A stretch of 64,000 bases of DNA, the filler included, from Stramenopiles sp. TOSAG23-2 (lineage: Eukaryota), in NCBI GenBank assembly GCA_900128395.1. It is 28 parts of 28 records of this genome, joined end to end, with 100 filler letters (N's around TTAATTAATTAA, not from the genome) between each part and the next. Parts side by side here need not be neighbours in the genome. Positions count along the whole stretch, not along the records: positions 46,005 to 48,189 come from LT651943.1; positions 48,290 to 50,470 come from LT651944.1; positions 50,571 to 52,749 come from LT651945.1; positions 52,850 to 55,026 come from LT651946.1; positions 55,127 to 57,303 come from LT651947.1; positions 57,404 to 59,578 come from LT651948.1; 22 more parts are not named here. One strand, written 5' to 3'. Of this stretch, positions 46,774 through 59,678 are shown in pieces. Under the pieces are notes generated by a model. That model had not been told where the DNA came from and made no database searches. It worked only from the letters and a program-made list of their open reading frames with translations. A program made the position numbers and the translations under genes. Each line of letters starts with the position of its first letter. Position 1 is the stretch's first letter.

Positions 46774-48152
46774 TTAAAATACAACTTCACAGCATCATCA
46801 ACAAACAATGAAATATGCGCAGAACAACAATTGCGATTGAATGCAGTTTTTCTACTTGGTACATTTGGTTCTATGTCTATGAGTTTTCCAAGCGGATTTT
46901 TCATGGACAAGACAAGTAGCAAATTAACTGTTATTACTGCGGTATTACTACAAATGTTTGGAAGCGTATTGTTTTCAATATCATCTGAGACATTAGATTT
47001 GTTTTCCGTTGGTTATTTTTTAATGGGATCAGCCGGACCGTTCGCCTTGCTGGGAGGGGTTACTATAACAGCATCCAACGTTGAGGAGAAGCGGAAAGGT
47101 TTGTACATTTCAATACTAAATGGGTGTTATGATGCATCTGCAATCGTTTGGCAGATATACGTTTGGTTAGATTCAAGCATTGAAAATGGAATTTCATATC
47201 GTGTTTGGTTTTTGATTTATTTTGTGTTTAATTTATTACTATTGGTATCTATTTTAGTATTACTGCCAGGATCATTACTACAACATTCTGATGATGATGC
47301 AATGGAAAGTGAGAGCCAGGAAAGTAATGGTAAGAACAATATTTCTAAAACGCTTGAACTGACTGGTATTCAAGAGGCTAAATCAATAAAACTTGTAGTT
47401 GAGGATGATGAAGATGAAAAAAATGTTGATGAAGTCAATGTAAAAAATAAAAATAAAACAACCATTATTGCTTTACCTGATCGCCCGCTGCTTAAACAAT
47501 TGCAATCACTTGAATTTGTTGTTTTTTGCATCTTTTTTTGTGTTGGTTTATTACGGTTTTCATATTATATTGGTTCAATTGATGCTCAATTATCATGGCT
47601 TGGTCAAGAAAATGGAAATTACAGTATAATTTTTGGGTAAGTATATTCTATTCCACTAAACCTAAAAGAAGAGACACCCTCTAACACATCACCCATTTAT
47701 ACGCTACGCTCCACAGTGCGATTCTTCCATTTGGCATCTTTTCGACCCCATTTATTGGTATGCTGATTGATTCTAAAGGTTTTAAAAGTGCTTTTGTCGT
47801 TATCTATTTTTTCAAGTTTTTGCATTCAGTATTAGTAATGATACCAAATTTAGATGTTCAGATAGGTGGTTTTATCTGTTTTGCTATTTTTAGAGGATGC
47901 TTTTTTGCTACGTGTGGTGCATACCTAATAGAAACATTTGGATTGAAAATGGGGAAAATATTTGGCGTTGCAGCAACAATTGCTTCGTTAACAAGTTTAT
48001 CCCAATCAGCTTTATTGGCATTATCATTATCAATTAATGATTTTATACCATCGAATTTGATTGTTTTGGGGTTAACTTGTTGTGTGTGCTTATTACATTT
48101 ATGGTATTTTAATTGTAGAAAAGAACCCACCAGCGACTCGATTGTTAAGTAG
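46774..48152 (+). CDS. MFS transporter, SLC43/LAT3/FMP42-like, spliced, N-terminus missing
   Basis: CAEQQLRLNAVF, GFFMDK, NGCYDASA, QLQSLEF, YYIGSI. Intron 47637-47716 (GTAAGT, CTAAC, CAG) joins the two ORFs in frame (IIFG-AILPFG). Confidence 0.85.
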
Positions 48153-48365
48153 AGGCTTGTCAACTGTGTGTGTAAAAAAGTCATTTATTNNNNNNNNNNN
48201 NNNNNNNNNNNNNNNNNNNNNNNNNNNNNNNNNTTAATTAATTAANNNNNNNNNNNNNNNNNNNNNNNNNNNNNNNNNNNNNNNNNNNNTATTCATAAAA
48301 TTCAAAGAGAAATAATGTTTCATTCGCTACATCAATTTTTCCACTACTTCTTTCTAGTAATCGAT

Positions 48366-49881
48366 TTAAAGCCAAAATATTTCCTCTAAACGTAGATCTG
48401 AATCTGTGGTAAAGTTCAGTCCAACTATCTTTCCATTCACATTTAAGGCCTCGCCAATACCAACGCCACCGGTGACAATTAATGCACCTGTTGTATTACT
48501 AGTTGCTGCTGTTGAATCAGAGATTGTAACAATGCCTGTTGCCGTAAGACTTCCAATATTTGAAATTGCTGTACCGCTAATTTTAACTGTCTCTACAATT
48601 ATATCTTGACTATTTGATTTTATCTCAAATAAACTGTTGCTTGAATGTACAATATTACCTTCAATACCAACATCTCCGGTAGATGTTAAAGAACTAAGCG
48701 TACCAAGTTGTGTTAAACCTGTTGCGACTGTAATTGTACTACCAATTTCTGTTTTGCTTAATACGCTTGAACCATCAATCGTAAATATACTTCCAGAATC
48801 TCCTAGATCGAAACTACCTTTCATTATTGATGATGTGACGGTTGCAGTGTTACCATTGGCATAACTAAATGATATTTTTCCTTCTCTTAAGGCAGATGCA
48901 GACGCATCTGTGAAGCTTGCTTCGATGCTACCAACTTTTTGACTATTTCCGCTGTTATCTGGCGTATTTAAAACGATTCCAACACCAATACCATCGCTCC
49001 CACCACTCGCGCCCGTGATTGTGTGAGATAATATTACTGGAACAGCCACTGCAGTAGGTTGTGTACCAGCAACATCAATACTTATTTCGTTCGCAAAAAT
49101 TTCACCTGTGCTTGAATATACAACAGCTTTACCAGTTTGTATCGTTTTTGTACCACTACCTGTACTTATATCTTTTAGATAATTTATCTCAGTTGCTGAT
49201 AATGTTGATGCAATACCGTCAAGTATATTTAGTTCACTTGCTGTTGATTTTATTAATGTGCCACCAAGCTTCAATCCATTCTTATCTCCATCATGGGATG
49301 CGATATCTATATCATTTGTACCATCTTTTAATACAAAATTACCATTTACAGTCAAAGTCGTTAATGTACCAACACTTAACATACCTGATGCAGATACAAT
49401 TGTTGATCCTAGTGTATCTTTTGATAATACAGTCGTACCTTTTATTTTGTATACACCATCTGTTTGTAACAGATCCATACCACCTGTATTTATATCAACA
49501 ATACCAGTATCACCTGTACCACCTTTAATACTTGATATTGTAAATTTACTACTTTCAGATGAGCTTGTTGCAGTAGTTAATATTGCATCAATACATTACA
49601 ATTTCAGGTTGTGTACCAGCAATATAATTAATTTCATTACCAGAACTTTCCACCAAAACATTATTGATGTATAAACTTTGGTCCAAATTAACAATATCTT
49701 TTGTTTCTAACTTTACTATTGATGTGAGATTACGAAAAAATTTTCGTTGATCTGCGCGTAATGTAAAATTAGCATCATCGTTCATTGTTACGTAATTATA
49801 TTTATATCCATTTATTATAACAATATTAATATATGTTGTCACAAATATAATAAATTTAGAGACTGTGATAAAGCAAAGCAT
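48366..49881 (-). CDS. Phage tail-fibre-like protein with signal peptide and start of a peptidase S74 chaperone motif; frame-broken
   Basis: YKIKGTTVLSKDTLGSTIV..SVGTL, DIASHDG..GLKLGGTL, ASELNILDG, TTGALIVTGGVGIG, FTTDSDLRL. The leader ORF is 49588-49881, with a frame break near 49590. Confidence 0.65.
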
Positions 49882-51204
49882 CTTTTGAAGTATATATAAT
49901 ATAACGATTAAAACTATACAAATTTTCTTATATACTTAACTTGAAAGATACAGATGTGTATATGTATGTTTGTGTTTATATATATACAATATATTAGAAT
50001 GTATTCGTTCTATATATCGATAATAATACTATGTGTAAAATATATGTCTATTAATAATATGTCTATATATAAAAATGTGACATATGTAGTACTATCTATA
50101 TATTAATATTAGTGCTCATGATGTGTGTATGCTGGTATGCCTATTATTATAACTAATAATAATATGAGAATTAGAATTATTTACCAGAATAAAAATGTAT
50201 TGTTCTAATTGTGAAACTCACACAAATTTTGTACAGTATTTTGTAGTCTCAGTCTAGATACTACAAAATACGAATTTGTAGAGTCGAAATATAGAAAACA
50301 CCTCTATATAAAGCTCCTTCTACTTCAATAAATCTAGAACAATAAATTTACATTGCCATTCATGATTCATGATATATTTTTACGAATTTAAATATTAGTG
50401 CATTATACAATATTTTTTAAAGAACAACACACACATGATGTACACACATCATCATCAATGTTTTATTTGANNNNNNNNNNNNNNNNNNNNNNNNNNNNNN
50501 NNNNNNNNNNNNNNTTAATTAATTAANNNNNNNNNNNNNNNNNNNNNNNNNNNNNNNNNNNNNNNNNNNNTGTTTTTTCATTGTTGCATCGCATATTTTC
50601 ATATAATAATATATGTTAAATGTGAGATATAAAAAAATGAATGAATGTTGAAGATAGAAAAGAAGCTCAACTTCATACACATATATTATATAAGCTATAT
50701 GGAGATTAGTGTAAGGGGGGAAGGAAAAATTATTTTGACACAATATATATGTACATATATGACTTCATATTAGAACAATTTAAGACAGTGTATATATATA
50801 CATATATATAAGACGAATCACTGTTATACAATTCAAGGAAAATATATATATACGATATATACATATTACTTTTTTTGCAATGTCCTTTTGTTTTTTCATT
50901 GTTGCATCGCATATTTTCATATAATAATATATGTTAAATGTGATATAAAAAAATGAATGAATGTTGAAGATAGAAAAGAAGCTCAACTTCTTCATACACA
51001 TATATTATATAAGCTATAGAGATTAGTGTAAGGGGGGAAGGAAAAATTATTTTAACACGATATACATGAACATATATGACTTCATATTAGAACCATTTAA
51101 GACAGTGTATATATACATATATAAAAGACGAATCACTGTTATACAATTCAAGGAAAATATATATATACGATATATACATTAATACAACAAACGAAAAAAA
51201 CAGG

Positions 51205-52290
51205 ATGGCTTATTTAAATCACAACATATTAATATTACTTTTGGCATCAATATATATGGCAGGAACTATACATGGAATGAAAAATATTGCAAGTGGTCCA
51301 GGGGATTATTACAAAAATATTAAATATTACTTTTGGCATCAATATATATGGCAGGAACTATACATGGAATGAAAAATATTGCAAGTGGTCCAGGGGATTA
51401 TTACAAAAATATTAATCCAGATGGTGGTGACTTAAAAGCACAATTGCAGCCATTATTATTGAATCATAAAGTATTATCATATAGTGATGATTGGGATGCA
51501 TTGGATAAAGTAGATCAATACTTATCAACACATTGCAAATCTCCACAACAAATTCCAGATATTTATTCCAATTTTTGTTGGAACAATGATAAAAATCCGG
51601 GCGGTGAATGTGGAAACTACAAAAAAGAAGGAGATTGTTGGAATCGAGAACATGGGTGGCCTAAGTCTTGGTGGGGTGGTTTTTCTAAAGGACAAGGTGC
51701 ACAAACCGATCTACACGAATTATGGGCAGCAGATGGATATGTAAATAATTTACGAGGTAACCTACCACTTGGAGAAGTCTCTAGTCCTACTTACACATCA
51801 ACAAACGGAGCTAAAGTTGGACCTTGTAGTAGTGATGGTGCAACTGGTAATTGCTTTGAAATTTCAGATGAATATAAAGGTGATATTGCACGATCTTATT
51901 TTTATATTGCAACCACATATATGGACAAATTTGATTGTTGTGATACAGTTGGTGTGAATGGATCCCATATTAAACCTTGGATGGAAAAGGTATTACGTAA
52001 ATGGCACTGGTAATTGCTTTGAAATTTCAGATGAATATAAAGGTGATATTGCACGATCTTATTTTTATATTGCAACCACATATATGGACAAATTTGATTG
52101 TTGTGATACAGTTGGTGTGAATGGATCCCATATTAAACCTTGGATGGAAAAGGTATTACGTAAATGGCATGATGCGGATCCTGTATCGGATTTAGAAAAA
52201 CAATTTAACGATGCTGTTTTTGGTATTCAAGCAAATCGTTCACCATTCATTGATAATCCAGATTGGGTGAAAAAAATACCAGAATTTTAA
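51205..52290 (+). CDS. Secreted endonuclease I (EndA/Bsn family); frame broken by two tandem duplications
   Basis: CGNYKKEGDCWNREHGWPKSWW, TDLHEL..ADGYVNNLRGN, KGDIARSYFY, QANRSPFIDNP. Removing the 92-bp and 163-bp duplications leaves an 831-nt intact ORF with a signal peptide. Confidence 0.9.
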
Positions 52291-53225
52291 AAAATATACA
52301 CAAAAATACGAAGGAAAAAGAAATACTAGTAAAATATGTGTATATATATAGAGAGAGGGAGGAGTGAGAGAGAGCTAGAGTAAACACACTCTCTATAGAT
52401 TTTAAACATCACATTCTTTTATATATTTTTTACTTATACTGCTTTTTTGTGGGTAATGGGATATAATCCAATGTCCATCCTTCTGGTTGCTTTTCACTGA
52501 AACCAAATCACCATTCATTGATAATCCAGATTGGGTGAAAAAAATACCAGAGTTTTAAAAAATATACACAAAAATACGAAGGAAAAAGAAATACTCTAGT
52601 AAAATATGTGTATATATATAGAGAGAGAGGGAGGAGTGAGAGAGAGCGAGAGTAAACACACTCTCTATAGATTTTAAACATCACATTCTTTTAAATATAT
52701 TTTTTACTTATACTGCTTTTTTGTGGGTAATGGGATATAATCCAATGTCNNNNNNNNNNNNNNNNNNNNNNNNNNNNNNNNNNNNNNNNNNNNTTAATTA
52801 ATTAANNNNNNNNNNNNNNNNNNNNNNNNNNNNNNNNNNNNNNNNNNNNGAAAAGAAGAAGAACGTATATCTAGGATTGTAGTTATTGGAAGATATCTTG
52901 ATTCTTTACGTTTATATAATGACTCCTTTTTTGTAAAAAAGTAAAAAATGAATTATTTAAAAAATAAATTTTTGAAGTACGTTCGTAGTGTATTTTAATT
53001 ATTAAAATGATACTTCTTTCGTATTACAAAATTACCAGCTATAATAGTAAAAATAGAAGGGAGATGTACATACTACTTCGTACGTAAATACGAATAAATT
53101 AAATTATATTTCTTGGTGTAAAATTATTCTCCAACAAATTAAATTTTACGGAAAGTGATTTCTTTGAAAAATTAATAATACGCCGCGACATAATTTTTTT
53201 TTTAATGAGCTTGCCTTTTCATTTT

Positions 53226-54593
53226 TTACACAATATCTCCAACATCTTTCTTTCCTTTCTTTTTACCCTTACCACCATTTCCTTTTAAACTGACAAATCC
53301 TAATCCACGTCGATGAATAACACGAATTGATGAATAGTATTTCTTTGGGTCTGTAATACCTTTGCTTTCCAATTCAATACATTTTTGACCACGTCTAATC
53401 AATATGAAAAGTGCTAAAAAACGTAAGCTTGAACATGAACCAAATAAGAAAAACATTGGAAACATGGCTTGGTCATATGCAGATGGCGATGAAAATTTTG
53501 GAGCCATAGCTACTGAACTCATAATACTTTCAAGAAACAAGGTCAATAAAGTGAAAATCATAACAGCCAGTTCCCAGAATGATGTTCGGATCGCAATAAT
53601 ATCACTAATTGAAAGTCGACAAACGCGCAGCAATACTTGACTTGTAAGGAAAAGAAACATGGGCTCTACTGCTTGTGCTCCTAAACCAAAATATTGATTA
53701 GTAATTGGAACATACGCTTCAATAGCATTTTTCATCTCCAGATCTTTCATTGTGAGAACCTCTTTTGGATAATATTTATTCAATTTGCCAGGAATTTCCG
53801 TGCAATTTGTCCACTGTACTGTAGGTGTTACTGGTTTACTTATTGCACCTGGTATTAATTGACATACAGCGTCTTCGAGAAATGGTATATCAAATAGCAT
53901 ACTTTGTGCCGACATTGCTAAAAGTGCTATAATTGGTACAAGACCAATAATTCTGGAAGTCATATATTTTGATATTTGATATAGCTCATCTTTATGTTCA
54001 TGTTGAACAATATTACCAAATATAATTAGTACCCTTGCAATACCGAAAAAACCGATTCCAAAAGCAATGGTATTACCGATTGCAACAATAATTGTGCTGC
54101 GCAAACACAGAGGTAAGCACCAGAAGAACCAATATATACCAAACGTTCCGTAAATGTAGTATTTCATGTTTTCGCCAAATAATAAGGAACGTGACCAAAT
54201 TAAGAAGATTAAAACAGAAAATACTGGATTTGCTCCAGCAGAAATCTGAGTTCGATTTCTTGTGATTTCAAGAGTACATACAACTGCTTGTAAAGTAGTA
54301 AATAAAATCATGCAAATATAAATAAATCGTTTTGCTTGATTTTCTTGTGCTTTTTTAATTACTTTCCAGATCTTACGAACTAATTGGCCTTTCCAAAATT
54401 TTTCAATCGTTACAACTGCAGCTTTTCTTTCTGGCGATGCATTCTCCGACATGTTTAGTGATGTGTTATCATCATCGATGTTATTGTTTTTATTTTGAAC
54501 AATACCTTCTGCATCTTCCACACTACTATTTAAATTATTATTTTTTGATATTTCAATTCCCATTCTGACGAGATTTTTTTTAGCAAAGTTCAT
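53226..54593 (-). CDS. Multi-pass membrane protein with N-terminal IQ-like motif
   Basis: AAVVTIEKFWKGQLVRK followed by 8 or more hydrophobic segments. Confidence 0.7.
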   Translation of the reverse strand: MNFAKKNLVRMGIEISKNNNLNSSVEDAEGIVQNKNNNIDDDNTSLNMSENASPERKAAVVTIEKFWKGQLVRKIWKVIKKAQENQAKRFIYICMILFTTLQAVVCTLEITRNRTQISAGANPVFSVLIFLIWSRSLLFGENMKYYIYGTFGIYWFFWCLPLCLRSTIIVAIGNTIAFGIGFFGIARVLIIFGNIVQHEHKDELYQISKYMTSRIIGLVPIIALLAMSAQSMLFDIPFLEDAVCQLIPGAISKPVTPTVQWTNCTEIPGKLNKYYPKEVLTMKDLEMKNAIEAYVPITNQYFGLGAQAVEPMFLFLTSQVLLRVCRLSISDIIAIRTSFWELAVMIFTLLTLFLESIMSSVAMAPKFSSPSAYDQAMFPMFFLFGSCSSLRFLALFILIRRGQKCIELESKGITDPKKYYSSIRVIHRRGLGFVSLKGNGGKGKKKGKKDVGDIV

Positions 54594-55127
54594 CGTATTA
54601 AATGTTGATTATTACACTTGCTTATATTTCTTTGCATTGTTTTCGTTGTAAAATTGGTTGTCTTGTAGTAAGCAGCATATCTTATATAATATATATAGAA
54701 ATATAAATCATTTGCTCTAACATTGTATTATTGAAATTATTGTATATTGTATATATATATGATAAATATTATGTGTGTGTTTTTAGTATACTTTTTACAT
54801 ATTACACTATTTAATTTAAATATCTCTCATCGCAAAGCCAACACAATCCAAATATTACAATGCAATTTCGCAGGTACTATTATTCGAAAGAGTCTGACGA
54901 CGCAGACTAGCGTATTATTCTAATTGTATTTTGTAAAATTACATATTTTAAGGCATTAATTACTTCTTTTCCCATGGTATTTTGTAGAAATATATAGGTA
55001 AATTTTTATTTATATACTAAAATAAGNNNNNNNNNNNNNNNNNNNNNNNNNNNNNNNNNNNNNNNNNNNNTTAATTAATTAANNNNNNNNNNNNNNNNNN
55101 NNNNNNNNNNNNNNNNNNNNNNNNNNA

Positions 55128-55262
55128 TACAAAGGTGGAGCACCACGTTTTTCTGAACGTATGGCAAAATACAATCGTTTGTTATGTATTGAGGAGGAAT
55201 GCCAAGATTTAAAAATGGATGCACCATATGTAGGTATATCATACAGATTACCTCCAAGTTAA
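55128..55262 (+). CDS. Divergent enolase-family C-terminus, 5'-partial
   Basis: YKGGAPRFSERMAKYNRLLCIEEE...APYVGISYRLP versus canonical [23 protein letters not shown]; absent from the ORF track. Confidence 0.8.
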   Translation, partial: YKGGAPRFSERMAKYNRLLCIEEECQDLKMDAPYVGISYRLPPS

Positions 55263-55384
55263 AAAGGGGTTTTTCATGCATATGGTGTGTGTAATCCGGT
55301 GTTTTTACGTTTTGTATTTTTCAAATATTATATATATATATAATATATATTTAGTTTGAGTTGTATGAATCTCTCTTTTTCTTC

Positions 55385-57303
55385 TCAACGATTGTATTCT
55401 GTATACTGATTTTTTGCCATGTCTTGATCATGTTTTTGTTTACGCAATGCAGCAATTTTTTTCGCAATTTCAATACTTTCAAGTCTTATTTTTTCTTCCA
55501 TTTCCTTTCGTTTTTGTTCTTTCTTTTTTTTATCTAACCATGCTTTACGATTGCTAGCGGATAAATTTGCTCTTCGTCTTGTTTCTTCCTCTATTTCTAA
55601 TTGTTTTCTACGCTTTTGTTCCTCCGATACATTTTTCTGTTTTTTTTGACGTGCAAATAACAACATCCGTTGCTTCTCCGCAACAGCTGCACGTGTTGCT
55701 GCTTCTGCTTTTAATTTTTCTGCTTCAATTTTTTCAATTTCTTTTTGTATTTTCAATTGTTCCATTTTGCGCTTTGAAAATTTTTCACGTTCTTTTGCTG
55801 CTTCTGCATCTCGTTTTTGTAACCATTCGTTTAAACGTTCCCGTCGAATACCAGCATCTTCTGTCCTTGGTGTATCTGCATTGCTATCTTCAATTTGTTT
55901 TCGAACCACGGCGTGTTCTCTTCTAGTCCTTTCAACACGTTTCATTGTTTCCGTTTTTAATGCTTCCTCGTATTGCTCTAAAATTGTACTATTCATCACT
56001 TCGACTGGTAAATCTAATTCCAATGCAGGACTTGATAAATGCATTAATTCACGCAATTCAAAACGCTGCAATACTACTCTTGCGACACGACTTGCTTTTC
56101 TAATATTACAATAAGATAAAATCAATAAGATATGCAATCCACCTGAATATACAAAATGTTCTTGTAAATTTGGACGAACCCTTCGTATAAATTCAACAAT
56201 AGATTTAATAAATGTAACAGAGCTAACTACACCTTCCATTTTGCTAGTTTCTTCATATGTTTTACCAACACTAGTTCCATTCCCATCGTTAAATAAAAGG
56301 TTTTCCTCAAAAATTTTATTTACATAGGAAAAGGATGATTTGACCAAATCAATTAACATGGAACCGTTTAAAGCGGATGCACTATTGCCTAGCTTTGCTA
56401 ATGTACTAATCATAGTTGCTAATATGTTAAATCCAACACCTTGGATATTGCTTGAAAGCGTTGTTGACGTTATTATTATTTTTAATTTTTCTATCATTTT
56501 CATATTGCTTAAGATTAAAGAGCCTTTTGGCTCTTCTGCGATTTTTTGCAATGTTTCCAAAGCTTGCAATGTTGAAGTTTCATCAAAACGATTTTTGGAT
56601 TCGTTAAATATTGGAATTAAAACACGCATTGCTACTTTGATTTTCGATTTAATAGCAGCTGTTTTTCCTCCAGCTTTATTTAAATTTGCCATCGTCTTCG
56701 TTTGAATCGAATCTGGTGTTGATGAGAATAATTTCCTCTTTTTTGTTTTTTTCGCGGATAAAAGCCCGAATTCAATACCGTCAATATTTACATTGGTACC
56801 ATGTTGAAATAATTCATCATCATCATCATCATCATTAAAAAAACTATCATCGTCATTATCAGGATATGTAGAATCTGAGTTTTTCTTCAATTTCGCAGTT
56901 GTTTTTTAATATCTTTCCTCCATGAGGAAGCAGAATATGTTTCTCTTTTTTTTACTTCCTTTGTTTCAAAATTGTCTTCAGAATCTTTATTCTCATCAAT
57001 ACCTTTCGATGATAATCGCATACGAGGTGGTACAAAACCACTTTTTTTCCTCCAACTACTTGGACCATATTCTTTTTTACTATTTGTTGTCTTCTCTTCC
57101 TCATTGTCATCACTCGCATTTCCATTATTACCATTTAGCTTCTTTTTATTATTGCTTATATCTTTTTTTAATAATTTCATCTTTAACTTTGACCTTGGTT
57201 TTCTATTTCCAAATGTTGATGATGGATTTTTTGAACTATTTTTCATATCATTGCTTGATATAGGTGGAGGATGAGGTTTAATAATTTTTTTTCTTATTCG
57301 TTT
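55385..57303 (-). CDS. ARM-like plus coiled-coil hypothetical protein split by a probable 1-nt indel
   Basis: Adding one A to the A6 run (T6 at 56902-56907) joins 56887..57246 to 55385..56890. Confidence 0.55.
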
Positions 57304-57403
57304 NNNNNNNNNNNNNNNNNNNNNNNNNNNNNNNNNNNNNNNNNNNNTTAATTAATTAANNNNNNNNNNNNNNNNNNNNNNNNNNNNNNNNNNNNNNNNN
57401 NNN

Positions 57404-59578
57404 CTATACTTGTCGTATCTCGACACAATGAACATGTACTGGCATCAAATGATAATGTAAAGTATTGACCACCACTAAATGTACCAATACCATGTGTTGT
57501 ATCAAGACTCACAACCGTATTATGGTTTACACTACTTGGCATTCCATCACATCCACTAATTGTAGCATCAATTACTAAACTTATCGGTGTTGATGGACTG
57601 CCAAATACGATGGTATATGCATAGCCAGCAGCAGGATTTGTGATCGATGATTGTATAACACTTGTTATTGTTGTAATAGTTGATAATGCTTCTAAACGTG
57701 CATCTACACCTACTACACTTGTATCACCAGATTCATCCCATGCTATACAACCAGTCGTTTGACTATTATATGTCAATTTGAAACCTGGTCTTTTACCTTC
57801 TTGTATAGTTGCTATTTGTACTGTAATTGCACCATCATTCGTACTTATACCATTACCTAATGTATTTGTACCACCAACTACCAATTGTGGTACATTACCA
57901 GGTACATAATTACCTGAAAATGTTACTGTAAATACATATCCTTCGTTAGTTGCAGTATCAATATCAGATCGTGTTACTACTACACCATTTGTACCAGTAT
58001 CAGATATCGAGTTTGCAATATTTGCTAATTCATTTAATTGAGATTGCAATGAGTTTGCATTTCCTTGACCAGATGAAGCTTGTTCCCAATCAATATTACC
58101 AGTTTCTATACTTGTCGTATCTCGACACAATGAACATGTACTGGCATCAAATGATAATGTGAAGTATTGACCACCACTAAATGTGCCTAGTCCCCCAGTA
58201 TGGGAATTGGTTACAGAATGATCTCCACATACGCCACTACCACATTCAAATGCTGTACATGCACCTGTTCCTATGGAACTGACGGTTATCGCTTTTACAC
58301 CTGTAGTTGGGTCGGCTATTTCGATAGTGTAGGTTTTGGTGTTACCACTAGTGGTTAGTGATACCGAAACTGTAGTTAAAGTTGATAGAAGTTCTAGCGC
58401 AGTCTTTAAATCATCATCAGTAGCACTATGTTCTATACACGCACTATCTTGTCCATCGTAAGATAAAATGTAGCTACCACTAGTTATAGCAGAGCCAGCG
58501 GTAACAATCAACACTTGCTTTTTGAAGGTTTCAGATATTGTGATAGTTTGTATTTCATCTCGATTTTCACCAGCAAGACCAGCATTTGCAACCTTTACTA
58601 CTTGTTTTGCCCTTGGCTCCGATATAGTAATCGCCTGTATTTCATTTTGATTTTCACCAGCAAGACCAGCATTTGCAACCTTTACAATTTGTTTTGCTCT
58701 TGGCTCTGATATAGTAATCGTCTGTATTTCATTTTGATTTTCACCAGCAAGACCAGAATTAGCAACGTTGACAATTTGCTTTTTACTGCTGGACACAGTT
58801 GCTGCATTGTTTACAATTGAGGAATTAAAGACATTGATCTCGGTGGGAGATTCACCAGACACTCCACCACCCCGATTAGCGTTGTTATTTGTTAAAATTG
58901 AAAAAAATATGCCCAAACTACCATACTTAACATATATTGATCCTCCAGAATCGGCACTACCACCAACTAATTTTAAATAACGTAATGTTAACGTACCACC
59001 TATAATTTGAAAATGGCGTTTATCGTTTGCTGCTGTTATTGTAACTAAATTGTTGTTAATTCCGGGCATACTGTTTGTTTCGTTTATTCCAATAATTTCC
59101 AATGTATTAGTAACAGCAACATGATTATTTCCAGCTATGGTACAATCATAGGTACGTAGGTAGGTACCTTTGTTATGTGCGGTGGTACATGGCCAATAAC
59201 GAAGAATTATTTTTACAGCATTGCCGGATAAAATTGTGTGAGGTTGACTATTATGCCCTAAATCAAAAACTGCACCTTCATCAATATATACAAAAAATGC
59301 AACGCTTTCACCACCGTTGTTGCCTGCCGCTTGTACCAAAATTATACGATCTGTCTCGGTCATCTTAAGTGTAACTGTTGGGGCATTATGTCCTAAAATT
59401 TCAGCGCCTTCAAGTACTATTGGCTGGGTAGATGCATTATTATGGTAAATATTTATTTTAGTAACGTTAATCAACGAATTGGCAACTGTTTCAGAGCAAG
59501 CTATATAAAATTTACCAGTGTCTAAATCAAACTGAATGCTGGATACAGTTGGGATTAACGTATCTGCAATTTCTACTA
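57404..59578 (-). CDS. Giant repetitive surface protein fragment (NEIQTIT repeats, beta-helix-like GGSIY/NNA motifs)
   Basis: Three 29-aa (87-bp) tandem repeats at about 58520-58785; GTFSGGQYFTLSFDASTCSLCRDTTSI repeated 702 bp apart; S/T/G-rich. Confidence 0.7.
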
Positions 59579-59678
59579 NNNNNNNNNNNNNNNNNNNNNN
59601 NNNNNNNNNNNNNNNNNNNNNNTTAATTAATTAANNNNNNNNNNNNNNNNNNNNNNNNNNNNNNNNNNNNNNNNNNNN

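Noticed and set aside
50236-50271. 12-bp stem hairpin gtattttgtagt...actacaaaatac
   Set aside because: Single and AT-rich with no second copy seen; not enough to call an ncRNA or MITE.
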